Assembly: GCA_963665925.1 (NCBI GenBank)
Contig: OY762511.1
Coordinates: forward strand, 9,327 to 73,326
From: an uncultured Acidaminobacter sp.
Lineage (GTDB): Bacteria; Bacillota; Clostridia; Peptostreptococcales; Acidaminobacteraceae
Reading direction: 5' to 3'
DNA: 64,000 nt
The notes below the pieces were generated by a model that was not told where the DNA came from, did not search any database, and saw nothing but the letters and a program-made list of their open reading frames with translations. Shown one piece after another: positions 48,285 to 58,028 of this stretch. The translations under genes and the position numbers were made by a program. The stretch's first letter is position 1. Every line of letters begins with the position of its first letter.

Positions 48285-49579
48285 ATGACCCCCCGCTTGC
48301 CAAGACAAGTTTTGACCTCACCCAGATAAATCTGTGTGCCGACAATATAAAGCGCTTCGCCATCTTCCAAATCATTCAGTGCGAAATCAATGGCCTCGTC
48401 CAGTTTTTCCATGTATAAGATACATGCACCCTGGTCAGCCAGTTCTTCAGCGAACACCCGCTGCGCCGCCTCGAAGGGCAAATGACATTTTTGAGCCGGC
48501 TTGGTCAGAATGATCTGGCTGGATACAGGAAGCAGTTCATGAACAACCTCGGCATAAGCCTTGTTGTCAGGCACACCGACAATGAACCTGACCTTCTTGT
48601 TTTCATCTATGGACCCGGCAATGGCCTTTGCGCATACAGGGTGAATGCACCCATCAATACGGATTTCCGGTTCACTGCTCACGCGTTCCAAACAGCCCTC
48701 AAAAGGAAAGGCCCATATGACTTCTAGCGCCGTCTCAGGGACAAACCGCTCTCCAAGCACACCTTGGGCACTCAAATAAGCAAGCGCGGCGTTTTCACGG
48801 TTGTAAAGAACATCAATGGTCCTCTCAATTTCCTGGGGAACCGTTTCGACAAAGGCAATCGCCAAGTTATGATCCTGCGCCTCTTTACGCAGTACGTCAT
48901 CCACAAGTGCCTCCTGTTTTGCACTGAAAACACGCTTTTGGGACGCGTGCATGATTCCCGCCTTATGCCAGGCGACTTCTTCAAGATTCCTGCCAAGATA
49001 GGGAATATGCTCATCAAACACGGCACCTATGACCGCATAGGCAGAGTCCACCGCAGCTACATCATCAAATCTGGCCCCGCGCCCACATTCCAAAATATTA
49101 ATTTCCGTATTCGTGTCGGAAAAATGCTTAAGAGCCATGGCAATGCCGTTTCCCATGGGACTGATATAAGCCCCCGCTTCCAGGGTGCTTTCAATGGCCT
49201 CGCTGATCGGTTTCACCGTATTGGCAGCTGCAATCAGATCCGAGTCTGAAATCATTTCTCCACATACGCGAATGCGTTCATTGTAAACATGCAAATGAGG
49301 ACTGGTGAATAATCCAGTCCTGATGCCATGCGCTCTTATGATGCGCTCAAGAAGCCTACTTATACTGCCTTTACCCTTACTGCCCGTAACGAGTACATTT
49401 ACCGCCTCTTTATCCGGTCGTCCCATCTGCTCAAGTATTTCAAGCGTATACCACGGCTGTCTGTTGTTCCTGTCATCCAGGGGATGTGATCCCTCATGAA
49501 TCAATCCCTCTGCCTGTGTATTGCGATTAAAGAAGGACTTATAGACAAACGCCATGACGTCGTCAGTTGACGTGACCAT
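48281..49579 (-). CDS. divergent FolC-like (Mur ligase superfamily) paralog
   Basis: VTGSKGKGS, FTSPHL, ECGRGARFDD, EHIPYLG, HKAGI; start at the ATG after GGAGG. Confidence 0.8.
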   Translation of the reverse strand: MVTSTDDVMAFVYKSFFNRNTQAEGLIHEGSHPLDDRNNRQPWYTLEILEQMGRPDKEAVNVLVTGSKGKGSISRLLERIIRAHGIRTGLFTSPHLHVYNERIRVCGEMISDSDLIAAANTVKPISEAIESTLEAGAYISPMGNGIAMALKHFSDTNTEINILECGRGARFDDVAAVDSAYAVIGAVFDEHIPYLGRNLEEVAWHKAGIMHASQKRVFSAKQEALVDDVLRKEAQDHNLAIAFVETVPQEIERTIDVLYNRENAALAYLSAQGVLGERFVPETALEVIWAFPFEGCLERVSSEPEIRIDGCIHPVCAKAIAGSIDENKKVRFIVGVPDNKAYAEVVHELLPVSSQIILTKPAQKCHLPFEAAQRVFAEELADQGACILYMEKLDEAIDFALNDLEDGEALYIVGTQIYLGEVKTCLGKRGVI

Positions 49580-50864
49580 AAAGAGCCTCCTGTCTAATGT
49601 GCCCAACCAGATAGAATGAGCCGAATATGAGAACGATATCATCCGGTGCAGCAGCCGAAATCACCCTGTGATAGGCCTCAATCGGTGTCTTCTCGACCTG
49701 AACATCCTCTGAGTACACGCCTATTTTTTCAGCGAGCAGGCCGGCTTCAATCCTTCGATCACTTTGAGGCTCGGTTACAACAACATGCTTCAAATAAGGC
49801 TGCATGATTTCCAGAACCTCGTCCACATCCTTATCCGCAAGCATGCCGATAAGAACCTTGACGGACTTGTCCTTGTCTATTATTTTATCCAAAGAAGCAC
49901 ACAGGGCGTGTGCGCCGTGTGGATTGTGGGCACCATCGAGTATGGTCTTTATATTGAGATCAAGCACTTCCAGCCTGCATGGCCATTTGGTCACTTCAAG
50001 ACCCTTTTCTATGGCCTCTTCCGATATTCCAACACCATATTCCCGGCGGAGGGTTTCGACCACGGTCATGGCAACAACAGCATTTCGCGCCTGATGCGCC
50101 CCAATCATGCCCAGCTTGAAAGACCGCGCACCAAACTCAAATACCGTACCTTCAAGAGAGATGCTTTTTACATCCACCATATCGACAGGCGCAACAATCA
50201 AATCACTCCCGAGTTTGCCCGCAATTTCCTGAAGAACTTGTGCAGCATCGTACTCCTGCGGATGAATGACTACGGGAACTTCTCTCTTTATGATCCCGCC
50301 CTTTTCAAAGGCAACCTTTCCAACACTGTCCCCCAGAATATTCACATGATCAAGTGCAATAGGTGTTATGACACTGACTAGGGGTTTATCAACCACATTT
50401 GTCGCATCCAGTCTGCCCCCGAGACCGACTTCAAGAATGACAAAATCAACTGCCTTCCTTGAAAAATGCAGAAATGCCATTGCTGTAAATATTTCGAACT
50501 CCGTATTGGGATCGTGCCCCTCATCCACCAGCTCTTCACAGGCAGCCTTAACGCACCCGGCAACATTAATGAATGCATCCTGATCGATCATCTGCCCGTT
50601 TATTTGAATACGCTCTTCCAAGGCAAAAAGGCTAGGGGAGGTATATAAACCCACCCGATAGCCTTCCTGCATTAGCATGCTTTTTATAAAACTGGCAGTT
50701 GACCCTTTTCCATTTGTGCCCGCAATATGAACGACACTGAGGTCATTCTGCGGATTTCCGAGTTTTGCAAGCAGGCGCCTCGTTGCGTCAAGGCCCGGCT
50801 TTATTCCAAATTTCTCAGTACTCTCAATGAATTGCAGTACATCTGCATAGGTCACGCTTTTCAC
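49563..50864 (-). CDS. folC: folylpolyglutamate synthase / dihydrofolate synthase
   Basis: IAGTNGKGS, EVGLGGRLDATN, WPCRLE, LDGAHNP, FGSFYL. Confidence 0.95.
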   Translation of the reverse strand: MKSVTYADVLQFIESTEKFGIKPGLDATRRLLAKLGNPQNDLSVVHIAGTNGKGSTASFIKSMLMQEGYRVGLYTSPSLFALEERIQINGQMIDQDAFINVAGCVKAACEELVDEGHDPNTEFEIFTAMAFLHFSRKAVDFVILEVGLGGRLDATNVVDKPLVSVITPIALDHVNILGDSVGKVAFEKGGIIKREVPVVIHPQEYDAAQVLQEIAGKLGSDLIVAPVDMVDVKSISLEGTVFEFGARSFKLGMIGAHQARNAVVAMTVVETLRREYGVGISEEAIEKGLEVTKWPCRLEVLDLNIKTILDGAHNPHGAHALCASLDKIIDKDKSVKVLIGMLADKDVDEVLEIMQPYLKHVVVTEPQSDRRIEAGLLAEKIGVYSEDVQVEKTPIEAYHRVISAAAPDDIVLIFGSFYLVGHIRQEALYGHVN

Positions 50865-53516
50865 CTACTTCATTTTTAGTTTCATTGAATCAATACGCTC
50901 AATGACTGTCTTAAGCATTTCTTCATACTTGTCTTTTTTGTCACGCTCTTCCTGAACAAGACTTTCCGGTGCCTTAGCTAGGAAGCCTTGGTTGTTCAGC
51001 TTCTTGTTTACACGGTCAACTTCCTTTTCAAGCTTGGCTTGTTCCTTAGAAAGTCTGTCCAGCTCCTTGTCAAAGTCAATCAGCTCTTCAAGCGGCAGGA
51101 ATAGCTCTCCGCCATCTATGACTACGGAAACTGCATCCTCTGGAACTTCAGTCTTGTCTGCAAATACCGCAACCTCTGAAGCTGAAGCAAGAGACTGCAT
51201 GTAAGCTTCGTTTTCAGAAATCAGATCGGCAACCATTTTTTCACCAACGACAATCAGTTTTGCCTTTCTTGAAGGTGCAACATCCATTTCAGCCCGTACA
51301 TTTCGTATGCCGCGAATGGCATTCATAATACGTTCCATTTGCGCTTCTGCTTCTGCGTCTGCACGCGCATCGTCATATGCTGGCCAATCCATTGTAATTA
51401 CACGACCCTCAGCCCCTGGAATATGACTCCAGATTTCCTCAGTGATGAACGGCATAAATGGATGCAGCATTTTCAGAATCTGCTTAAGAACGGACACAAG
51501 CACCTTTTGCACCGTTTCCTTCTCAGCTTGATCTTCCCCGTAAAGGCGCTTCTTAGCAAGCTCAATGTACCAGTCACAGTACTCATTCCATACAAAGTCA
51601 TAAACTTTTGTTGCAGCAAGACCCAGTTCATACTTATCCATGTTCACAGTGATGTCCTTCGCCACTGTATTCATTCTTGACAGGATCCACTTGTCCGAAA
51701 GCTCAAGCTTTTCTGTACCGTCAAGTGCCGATACTTCCTTATCAAGACCCATAAGTACAAATCGTGATGCATTCCATAGCTTATTTGCAAAGTTACGGCT
51801 CGCCTCAACTCTTTCATGCTGGTAACGCATATCGTTACCTGGAGAGTTGCCTGTAATCAGCATAAATCTCAGGGCATCCGCACCGTACTCTTCAATCACC
51901 TCAAGTGGATCAACACCATTGTTCAGGGACTTAGACATTTTTCGTCCATCCTCTGCACGAACGATACCGTGAATCAGAACATCGTCAAATGGCACCTCAC
52001 CCATCTGCTCAATACCGCTGAACATCATTCTGACAACCCAGAAGAAAATGATATCGTAGCCAGTAACAAGAACATTAGTAGGGTAGAAGTAGTCAAGCTC
52101 TGGTGTCTTTTCAGGCCAGCCCAGTGTAGAGAATGGCCATAGTGCCGAGCTGAACCATGTATCGAGAACATCTTCGTCCTGATTCAGGTTTTTAGAACCG
52201 CATGTACATGCCTCAGGAGCATCACGGCCTACAAGCATTTCACCACAGTCTTCGCAGTACCACGCCGGAATTCTATGACCCCACCATAGCTGTCTCGAAA
52301 TACACCAGTCTCTAATGTTTTCAAGCCAGTGGTTGTATGTCTTTGTAAAACGCTCAGGAACAAAATTTGTCGTACCGTCAGCAACCGCTTTCAGTGCAGG
52401 CTCAGCAAGTTTTTCCATAGCTACGAACCACTGGTCCGACAGACGCGGCTCGATTACCGTGTTACATCTGTAGCATGTGCCTACTGCATGGTCATGGTCT
52501 TTTACTTTTATCAGGTGACCCATTTCGTCCAGGTCCTTAACCAGAACCTTACGGCACTCGTAACGGTCCATGCCAGCATACTTACCAGCCAGCTTGTTCA
52601 TTGTTGCGTCTTCATTCATGATTGTAATCTGCTCAAGATTATGACGCTGACCGATTTCGAAGTCATTCGGGTCATGGGCTGGTGTTACTTTCAGCGCGCC
52701 CGTTCCCTTTTCCATATCAACATATGCATCGCCTACAATTGGAATTTCCTTATCCAGGATAGGAAGAATCGCCGTTTTTCCAATCAGATGCTTGTATCTG
52801 TCATCATCCGGATGTACAGCTACAGCCGTATCTCCCAGCATCGTCTCAGGTCTTGTTGTCGCGATTTCAAGGTACTCATCAGAATCTTTCACATTGTAAC
52901 GGATATGCCAGAAATGACCCGCTTGATCCTCATGTTCAACCTCGGCATCTGAAAGTGTCGTTTTACAGTCAGGGCACCAGTTGATGAGTCTGTAACCTTT
53001 ATAGATCAGATTCTTTTCATAGAGTCTTACAAAAACTTCTGTTACAGCCTTGTTGCAGCCCTCGTCCATTGTGAAGCGTTCACGCTCCCAGTCACACGAG
53101 TTTCCGAGCTTTTGCATCTGCTTGGTAATGCGACGTCCGTATTCTTCACGCCATTCCCATGCACGCTCCAGGAACGCATCGCGGCCAAGTTCTTCTTTTG
53201 TAATGCCTTCTTCGGCACGAATCTTATCAACAACCTTCACTTCAGTTGCAATAGAAGCATGGTCTGTACCCGGCAGCCATAGTGCTTCATAACCCTGCAT
53301 ACGCTTCCAGCGAATCAGAACATCCTGCAGCGTATGATCAAGGGCATGCCCCATATGCAGCTGACCCGTAATATTTGGCGGAGGAAGTACAATTGTATAA
53401 GGTTCCTTTTCAGAATTGACTTCTGCCTTGAACTTACCTTCCTTCATCCAGTTTTCATAAATGCGATCTTCAAAATCATGGGGGTTATAATTCTTTCCCA
53501 TTTCAAAATTTGACAT
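50865..53516 (-). CDS. valS: valine--tRNA ligase
   Basis: [30 protein letters not shown]-terminal coiled coil. Confidence 0.99.
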   Translation of the reverse strand: MSNFEMGKNYNPHDFEDRIYENWMKEGKFKAEVNSEKEPYTIVLPPPNITGQLHMGHALDHTLQDVLIRWKRMQGYEALWLPGTDHASIATEVKVVDKIRAEEGITKEELGRDAFLERAWEWREEYGRRITKQMQKLGNSCDWERERFTMDEGCNKAVTEVFVRLYEKNLIYKGYRLINWCPDCKTTLSDAEVEHEDQAGHFWHIRYNVKDSDEYLEIATTRPETMLGDTAVAVHPDDDRYKHLIGKTAILPILDKEIPIVGDAYVDMEKGTGALKVTPAHDPNDFEIGQRHNLEQITIMNEDATMNKLAGKYAGMDRYECRKVLVKDLDEMGHLIKVKDHDHAVGTCYRCNTVIEPRLSDQWFVAMEKLAEPALKAVADGTTNFVPERFTKTYNHWLENIRDWCISRQLWWGHRIPAWYCEDCGEMLVGRDAPEACTCGSKNLNQDEDVLDTWFSSALWPFSTLGWPEKTPELDYFYPTNVLVTGYDIIFFWVVRMMFSGIEQMGEVPFDDVLIHGIVRAEDGRKMSKSLNNGVDPLEVIEEYGADALRFMLITGNSPGNDMRYQHERVEASRNFANKLWNASRFVLMGLDKEVSALDGTEKLELSDKWILSRMNTVAKDITVNMDKYELGLAATKVYDFVWNEYCDWYIELAKKRLYGEDQAEKETVQKVLVSVLKQILKMLHPFMPFITEEIWSHIPGAEGRVITMDWPAYDDARADAEAEAQMERIMNAIRGIRNVRAEMDVAPSRKAKLIVVGEKMVADLISENEAYMQSLASASEVAVFADKTEVPEDAVSVVIDGGELFLPLEELIDFDKELDRLSKEQAKLEKEVDRVNKKLNNQGFLAKAPESLVQEERDKKDKYEEMLKTVIERIDSMKLKMK

Positions 53517-53597
53517 GCCTTGCCTCCTCTTTCACTTAACCCAAATCCGAGCTGTCTTTTACATATAGACTGTACACCAGATTCGGGACTATTCACT

Positions 53598-54113
53598 CTA
53601 TTCGCTGCCCTTAAACTGGTCCGGAATACGGATTCGACCCATCATGATCTCATCCACATATCTGCCATCCCGTACAACAGCCATTTTCTTAACGCCTTCT
53701 TCTACAAAGCCAAACTTTTCATAGAGCCTTTTTGCCCCGTCGTTTCCTTCGAGCACGCCTAGCTCAATGCGTGTCAGAAGCATCCAGTTGTCTGCCAAAT
53801 CAATCAGGGTTTCCATCAGCTTGGTTCCAACACCTACACCATGATAATCTGCATGGACAGAGATGCCGATTGAAGCTGAATGACTCAGTCTTGGACGGGC
53901 ATTATGCATCAGGCTTGCAATACCGACGACGTTTCCATCTACCTCAGCCACAAAGGCATGATCATTTCTGGAAAGATTCTTGATAAACTGCTCCGTTCTT
54001 TCGACGGTATCAGAAGCCACTGCAAGGGTATTCTCCTTAACGCCATCCATTCTCCGGATTACGTTGACGGCACTTGCATCCGCGAATGCCAATGGCCTAA
54101 TTTTAATTTCCAT
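53598..54113 (-). CDS. GNAT N-acetyltransferase, YhhY/AaaT-like
   Basis: HSASIGISV...YHGVGVG, LADNW..LTRIELGV...N..A..LYEKFGF; start at the ATG downstream of the T-box terminator. Confidence 0.82.
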   Translation of the reverse strand: MEIKIRPLAFADASAVNVIRRMDGVKENTLAVASDTVERTEQFIKNLSRNDHAFVAEVDGNVVGIASLMHNARPRLSHSASIGISVHADYHGVGVGTKLMETLIDLADNWMLLTRIELGVLEGNDGAKRLYEKFGFVEEGVKKMAVVRDGRYVDEIMMGRIRIPDQFKGSE

Positions 54114-54176
54114 AATGCCAACCTCCTTGTCAATCCCCGCTTTTTTATTATTAGGAAATACAACTTCCCAGATAAT

Positions 54177-54452
54177 AAAAAAAGCCCTTCGTTCTTGCTT
54201 GAATAACTTCAAACAAGGACGAAAGGCTATTTCGCGGTACCACCCTGATTCCAGCACAGTGTGCTGACACTTGACATTTATAACGCAATGACCCGTTTCA
54301 AGCTACCCATTCCCCCGACACACGGTCTGACGGACTTCACTTGAAAGTCTCCGAAGCTACCTTCTGCAATATTCTGTCACAGGAAATCTTTCAGCCGGTG
54401 AATTTCCCTCTCTAGCTGTGAGTATTGCATACTCCTCTTCATCATAGACTGC
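54177..54452 (-). ncRNA. T-box riboswitch, valine specifier
   Basis: AGAGAGGG...GGCTGAAAG stem I, GAAG-GTA-GC specifier (54360-54358), AGGGTGGTACCGCG T-box, terminator plus U-tract. Confidence 0.93.
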
Positions 54453-54466
54453 TTATGAATGTCTTC

Positions 54467-54496
54467 ATTATATAAGTGCTTCCCAGCACTTGTCAA
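54467..54496 (-). promoter_or_regulatory. sigmaA promoter of the T-box leader
   Basis: TTGACA-18 nt-TATAAT; the spacer contains the inverted repeat AAGTGCT-N4-AGCACTT. Confidence 0.75.
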
Positions 54497-54498
54497 GA

Positions 54499-54849
54499 TT
54501 ATCTGAGTATGTGCATAGAATAGCGTCTTTCGAGGTAGGTCACCAGTTCTGACACCATGTCTCTGTACTTGTGATTCAGGATGCTCCACTCATGCTGATA
54601 ATTGGCATAAATCATTCTTTTTATGCTAAGGGACGGCAAATAAGGATTGCCTTCCACGTCATAATTATCCTTGTACAGACACAGTCTGGTAACCTTTCCG
54701 ACACCCTTCAAAAGGGTGTGTGGATCGATTCCGAACTCCACAGGCGCTTCCTGTACAATGGCAAACCAGCTGAAATCATCAATAGAGCCTTCCACAAACC
54801 CCTGGTTTTTTGTTGTGTTCAGTATTTCAATCTTGTATTTGTATGTCAT
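54499..54849 (-). CDS. hypothetical protein
   Basis: About 116 aa ORF; GSI..FSW...EFGI...GKVTRL...ANY..EW pattern loosely recalls DUF7678. Confidence 0.6.
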   Translation of the reverse strand: MTYKYKIEILNTTKNQGFVEGSIDDFSWFAIVQEAPVEFGIDPHTLLKGVGKVTRLCLYKDNYDVEGNPYLPSLSIKRMIYANYQHEWSILNHKYRDMVSELVTYLERRYSMHILR

Positions 54850-54935
54850 GGAATCCACCACCAACTCATTTTTTCGTACATCCGGCTGTCTATACTATGT
54901 ATTCCCGTTCTTGACACATATTAACTCATAAAATA

Positions 54936-54958
54936 AAAAAAACGCCGAAGCGTTTTTT
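54936..54958. terminator. terminator of the PspC operon
   Basis: AAAAAAACGC-CGAA-GCGTTTTTT. Confidence 0.8.
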
Positions 54959-55898
54959 AATAAGCATTCAAGGTCACGTCTCCAATACCTGTGTCGATTT
55001 CCACAAATATCTTGATATCTTCTTTTTCAAAGCCTGGCGACCTATAGATACTGTCCGTGATTCTTTCAAGACCGAAGGCTGAAAAGTTCTCTTCGTCGAC
55101 CAGCCCGTCAAAGTTCACTTCGATGCCCGCCTCGTGCGGTACATTTAACGTAATCTCTGTTGCGCCGCAGTCTATTTCCGTATAAACGAGCGCCGCTTTT
55201 TTTCCAAAAGTGATGTCAATGTCGCCTGCGCCACAATCAATATCCAAGTTTCGTACATCAAGGTCTTCAAGATCGATATTCGCATCTATGGCACCGGTGT
55301 TTATATCTATATCCCATTCGACATTCTCAGGAAGATGAAACTTGTAGTCAGAGTTTTCCTTATCTACCCAATCGAAAAAGTTCTTGCTTTCCTGGTCGAA
55401 CTCGATACTGGCACTTTTTCCACCCAGTCTGCTGTATATGTCTGTATAGTCATCCGGCACCGTGTAGGTCACACTGGAGGAATCCGACGCGTCAACATAT
55501 ACATTTCCAAATCCCAGATCAATGCTGAGACTGCCCTCTTCTGCCTCTTTCAGATCAATCTCTCCAGCAGTTTCCTGATACACCTCCCAGTTGGTATCGT
55601 GCACCTCTGTCTGATCACCTGTAATATGTGCCACAAAGTCAGAGCGCCCGCCTCCGCCAAATTGGCCATACCAGATCAAAACACCGAGGAAGAGAATCCA
55701 CATCACAAAGGATACGGTTCTATGGTTGTAAAAAATCATGTTGACGCCTGCAACAACAAGAAGCAGGGGCCATAGGTCCGAAATCGCCCCAAACAGCGAA
55801 AATGACAGTATATTGAACTTGAATAGAAGCCACACAATACCTATGAGAATCAAGGTCATTCCAAATCCGACTTTGTCATTCTCTACACCACGTCTCAT
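54957..55898 (-). CDS. LiaI/LiaF-like TM domain plus adhesin-type beta-helix (LiaG/DUF2807-like)
   Basis: N-terminal LWPLLLV TM block then repeated (L/I)x(I/V)DxGxGxI(D/T)L strands. Confidence 0.75.
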   Translation of the reverse strand: MRRGVENDKVGFGMTLILIGIVWLLFKFNILSFSLFGAISDLWPLLLVVAGVNMIFYNHRTVSFVMWILFLGVLIWYGQFGGGGRSDFVAHITGDQTEVHDTNWEVYQETAGEIDLKEAEEGSLSIDLGFGNVYVDASDSSSVTYTVPDDYTDIYSRLGGKSASIEFDQESKNFFDWVDKENSDYKFHLPENVEWDIDINTGAIDANIDLEDLDVRNLDIDCGAGDIDITFGKKAALVYTEIDCGATEITLNVPHEAGIEVNFDGLVDEENFSAFGLERITDSIYRSPGFEKEDIKIFVEIDTGIGDVTLNAY

Positions 55899-56314
55899 TA
55901 TGCCTCATCCTTTCTTCGGACAAGCAGGTAGACACCGCCCAAAATCAGAATAGCCGGCCAGAAATACTCACCAATATTCCATGGAATGAAACGTTCAATT
56001 GCCAAATAACCACCTAGGCAAATCAGGCCAACACCAAAGACCATCTGGGAATTGCCCCTGCGTTCAGCGTCATCTTCATAGAACTCTTTTTCCGAGTAGG
56101 CCTGTCTGCCTTCTCCCTCTTGCCTGTATCTAGGTTCTTCAGGAATGATAATCCACATAATGATATATGCCATCAGGCCACCGCCACCAAAAAGAACTGC
56201 AAATACAGCAAGGAGACGAATCAGTACTGAATCAACACCAAAGTATTCGGCTATACCGCCACAAACGCCACCAACAACCTCATCCTTACGGGATCTATAT
56301 AATCTCTTTTGCAT
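55898..56314 (-). CDS. PspC domain protein with C-terminal LiaF-like TM helices
   Basis: KRLYRSRKDEVVGGVCGGIAEYFG...YIIMWIIIPEEP; FWPAILI. Confidence 0.9.
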   Translation of the reverse strand: MQKRLYRSRKDEVVGGVCGGIAEYFGVDSVLIRLLAVFAVLFGGGGLMAYIIMWIIIPEEPRYRQEGEGRQAYSEKEFYEDDAERRGNSQMVFGVGLICLGGYLAIERFIPWNIGEYFWPAILILGGVYLLVRRKDEA

Positions 56315-56643
56315 TATAAGTCACCTGACCTTCCGTTTTCATCGCTCATATCCTGTGCCTTTTCATTAGAGCTTTCATATGCAGTCTCCTGTGCATCTGC
56401 ATCTCTTTCAGTTCCATAACCGGTCTCTTCAGCACGTCTTCTCTTGTACGCGTCATACTGCTCAGGCTCTTCTGGAACAATGAGTCCGGCAATGATATAG
56501 GCCAAGATTCCTGTTCCACCGCAAACAACCAGCAGCACCAGTCCAATTCTTACAAGGCTTGAGTCTATATCAAAATAGTCTGCAATGCCACCGCATACGC
56601 CAGCAATCATTCTATCATTTCTTGATCTGTATAGTTTTTTCAT
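56314..56643 (-). CDS. PspC domain protein
   Basis: KKLYRSRNDRMIAGVCGGIADYF...YIIAGLIVPEEP; start after GGAGG. Confidence 0.92.
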   Translation of the reverse strand: MKKLYRSRNDRMIAGVCGGIADYFDIDSSLVRIGLVLLVVCGGTGILAYIIAGLIVPEEPEQYDAYKRRRAEETGYGTERDADAQETAYESSNEKAQDMSDENGRSGDL

Positions 56644-56876
56644 AACAACCTCCTGTTTTCTTTCCTGAGTCAATCATAACATTCAGACCATGATAGTCCG
56701 CTGAGTTTTATATTAGAATTTAATTAGAAAGAACCTACGTCCATTATTTGAAACACACATAATTTTAACGTTATTTCTCAGAGAAATCTAATACGATTGC
56801 TTTATACTATGAATATGAACCACCAATATGAAGACCTTACGCTTTAAAACATAGATTCAAGAAAGGACTGACTTCT

Positions 56877-57443
56877 ATGAAAAACAACAACATGTTTCCA
56901 GGCATCATCCTCATCGGACTAGGTGCTACAATGCTCGCCAACCGCTTCGGACTCATCAGCCTTGGAATAGAACTCTTTTGGCCCCTCTTTCTATTAATTC
57001 CGGGCCTCATGTTTGAAATATCTTATTTTACCACTGGACGAAACGCTGGGACACTGGTTCCCGGAGGTATTCTCACCGTATATGGATTGCTCTTTTTCTT
57101 TAACATTCTGACCAAATGGTCCTTTATGGATTCGCTCTGGCCCATTTTCATTTTAGGGCCTGCAGTTGGACTCTTCCAGCTTTATCTGTTTGGTGACAGA
57201 TCTCGCGGCGTCCTCATCGCTTCAGCGATCCTGGGCACACTCAGCCTCGTCTTTCTGTCGTTCTCCCTGTTCGGTTTTGCACTGGACTACTTGGCACCGG
57301 TTCTGCTCATACTTCTCGGCAGTCTTATCCTCATACGGGGAAAGCACCCCCACCATGGGTGCTGCAACAAGCGCAAGGGCCAATCCGGCACAGATGACGA
57401 CCTGAACAAATACTATGATATGGATGATCCATTTGAAAAATAA
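56877..57443 (+). CDS. LiaF/DUF5668-like membrane protein
   Basis: Repeated (F/L)WP(L/I)F(L/I)L TM units; HPHHGCC tail. Confidence 0.7.
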   Translation: MKNNNMFPGIILIGLGATMLANRFGLISLGIELFWPLFLLIPGLMFEISYFTTGRNAGTLVPGGILTVYGLLFFFNILTKWSFMDSLWPIFILGPAVGLFQLYLFGDRSRGVLIASAILGTLSLVFLSFSLFGFALDYLAPVLLILLGSLILIRGKHPHHGCCNKRKGQSGTDDDLNKYYDMDDPFEK

Positions 57444-57470
57444 TCCCGCTTAAGAAATCCAAAAAAAACG

Positions 57471-57510
57471 AAAGCCGCCTGAAGTGATGCATATCACTCA
57501 GGCGGTTTTT
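57471..57510. terminator. bidirectional terminator
   Basis: AAAGCCGCCTGA...TCAGGCGGTTTT between convergent genes. Confidence 0.8.
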
Positions 57511-58028
57511 TATATTTCATAAGCATGTCTTACATGGGGTTCAAGATAAGGTATAAGGGCTTTGGAAACATAGCCTACAAAGATACCTGCACCAATTGAT
57601 GTCAGCAGTAAAACCGGCAAATAGGACAGTATTCTTACGTTCTGCAGCATGAGCGCCGCGACAATCACCTGTCCGAAGCTGTGAAAAAAAGCCCCAGTAA
57701 CGCTGATTCCAATCATGGTAACTCTATCTCCCGCAACTTTTATGAGTAATGCCATCATGACAAGACTCAGCATGCCGCCCGAGAAGCTGTAAAGAAAGCC
57801 AGAAACGCCGCCTCCAAAGATTGACCCAATGATTATCCGCGTAATAAGTATGCCCAGCGCCTCCCTGTAGCCTAAAAGAACAACAGCAAGCATGGTAATG
57901 ACATTTGCAAGTCCCATTTTAGCGCCCGGTGTCAGCATCGGCATGGGAATCATATTCTCCGCGATGTGCAGAACAAGTGCAATGGACACAAACAGCGACC
58001 TCAGGGCAAGTCTTTTCGTACGATTCAT
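57510..58028 (-). CDS. Gx transporter family (heptaprenyl diphosphate synthase component I-like, ECF S-component fold)
   Basis: AENMIP..PGAKMGLAN, SVTGAFFHSFGQ. Confidence 0.85.
   Translation of the reverse strand: MNRTKRLALRSLFVSIALVLHIAENMIPMPMLTPGAKMGLANVITMLAVVLLGYREALGILITRIIIGSIFGGGVSGFLYSFSGGMLSLVMMALLIKVAGDRVTMIGISVTGAFFHSFGQVIVAALMLQNVRILSYLPVLLLTSIGAGIFVGYVSKALIPYLEPHVRHAYEI

Noticed and set aside
54114-54257. N-terminal extension of the GNAT ORF, and other ORF-track upstream starts (asd 4817, cbiC 23692, cca 30398, mnhE 42011, folC2 49642, MCP 60611)
   Set aside because: The extensions run through leader RNA, promoters or upstream genes; downstream starts have clear RBS and match where the conserved domains begin.
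56644-56780. ECF sigma promoters for the PspC locus
   Set aside because: AAAC...GGTC and TGAAAC...CGTT candidates have 15- and 14-nt spacers rather than 16-17.
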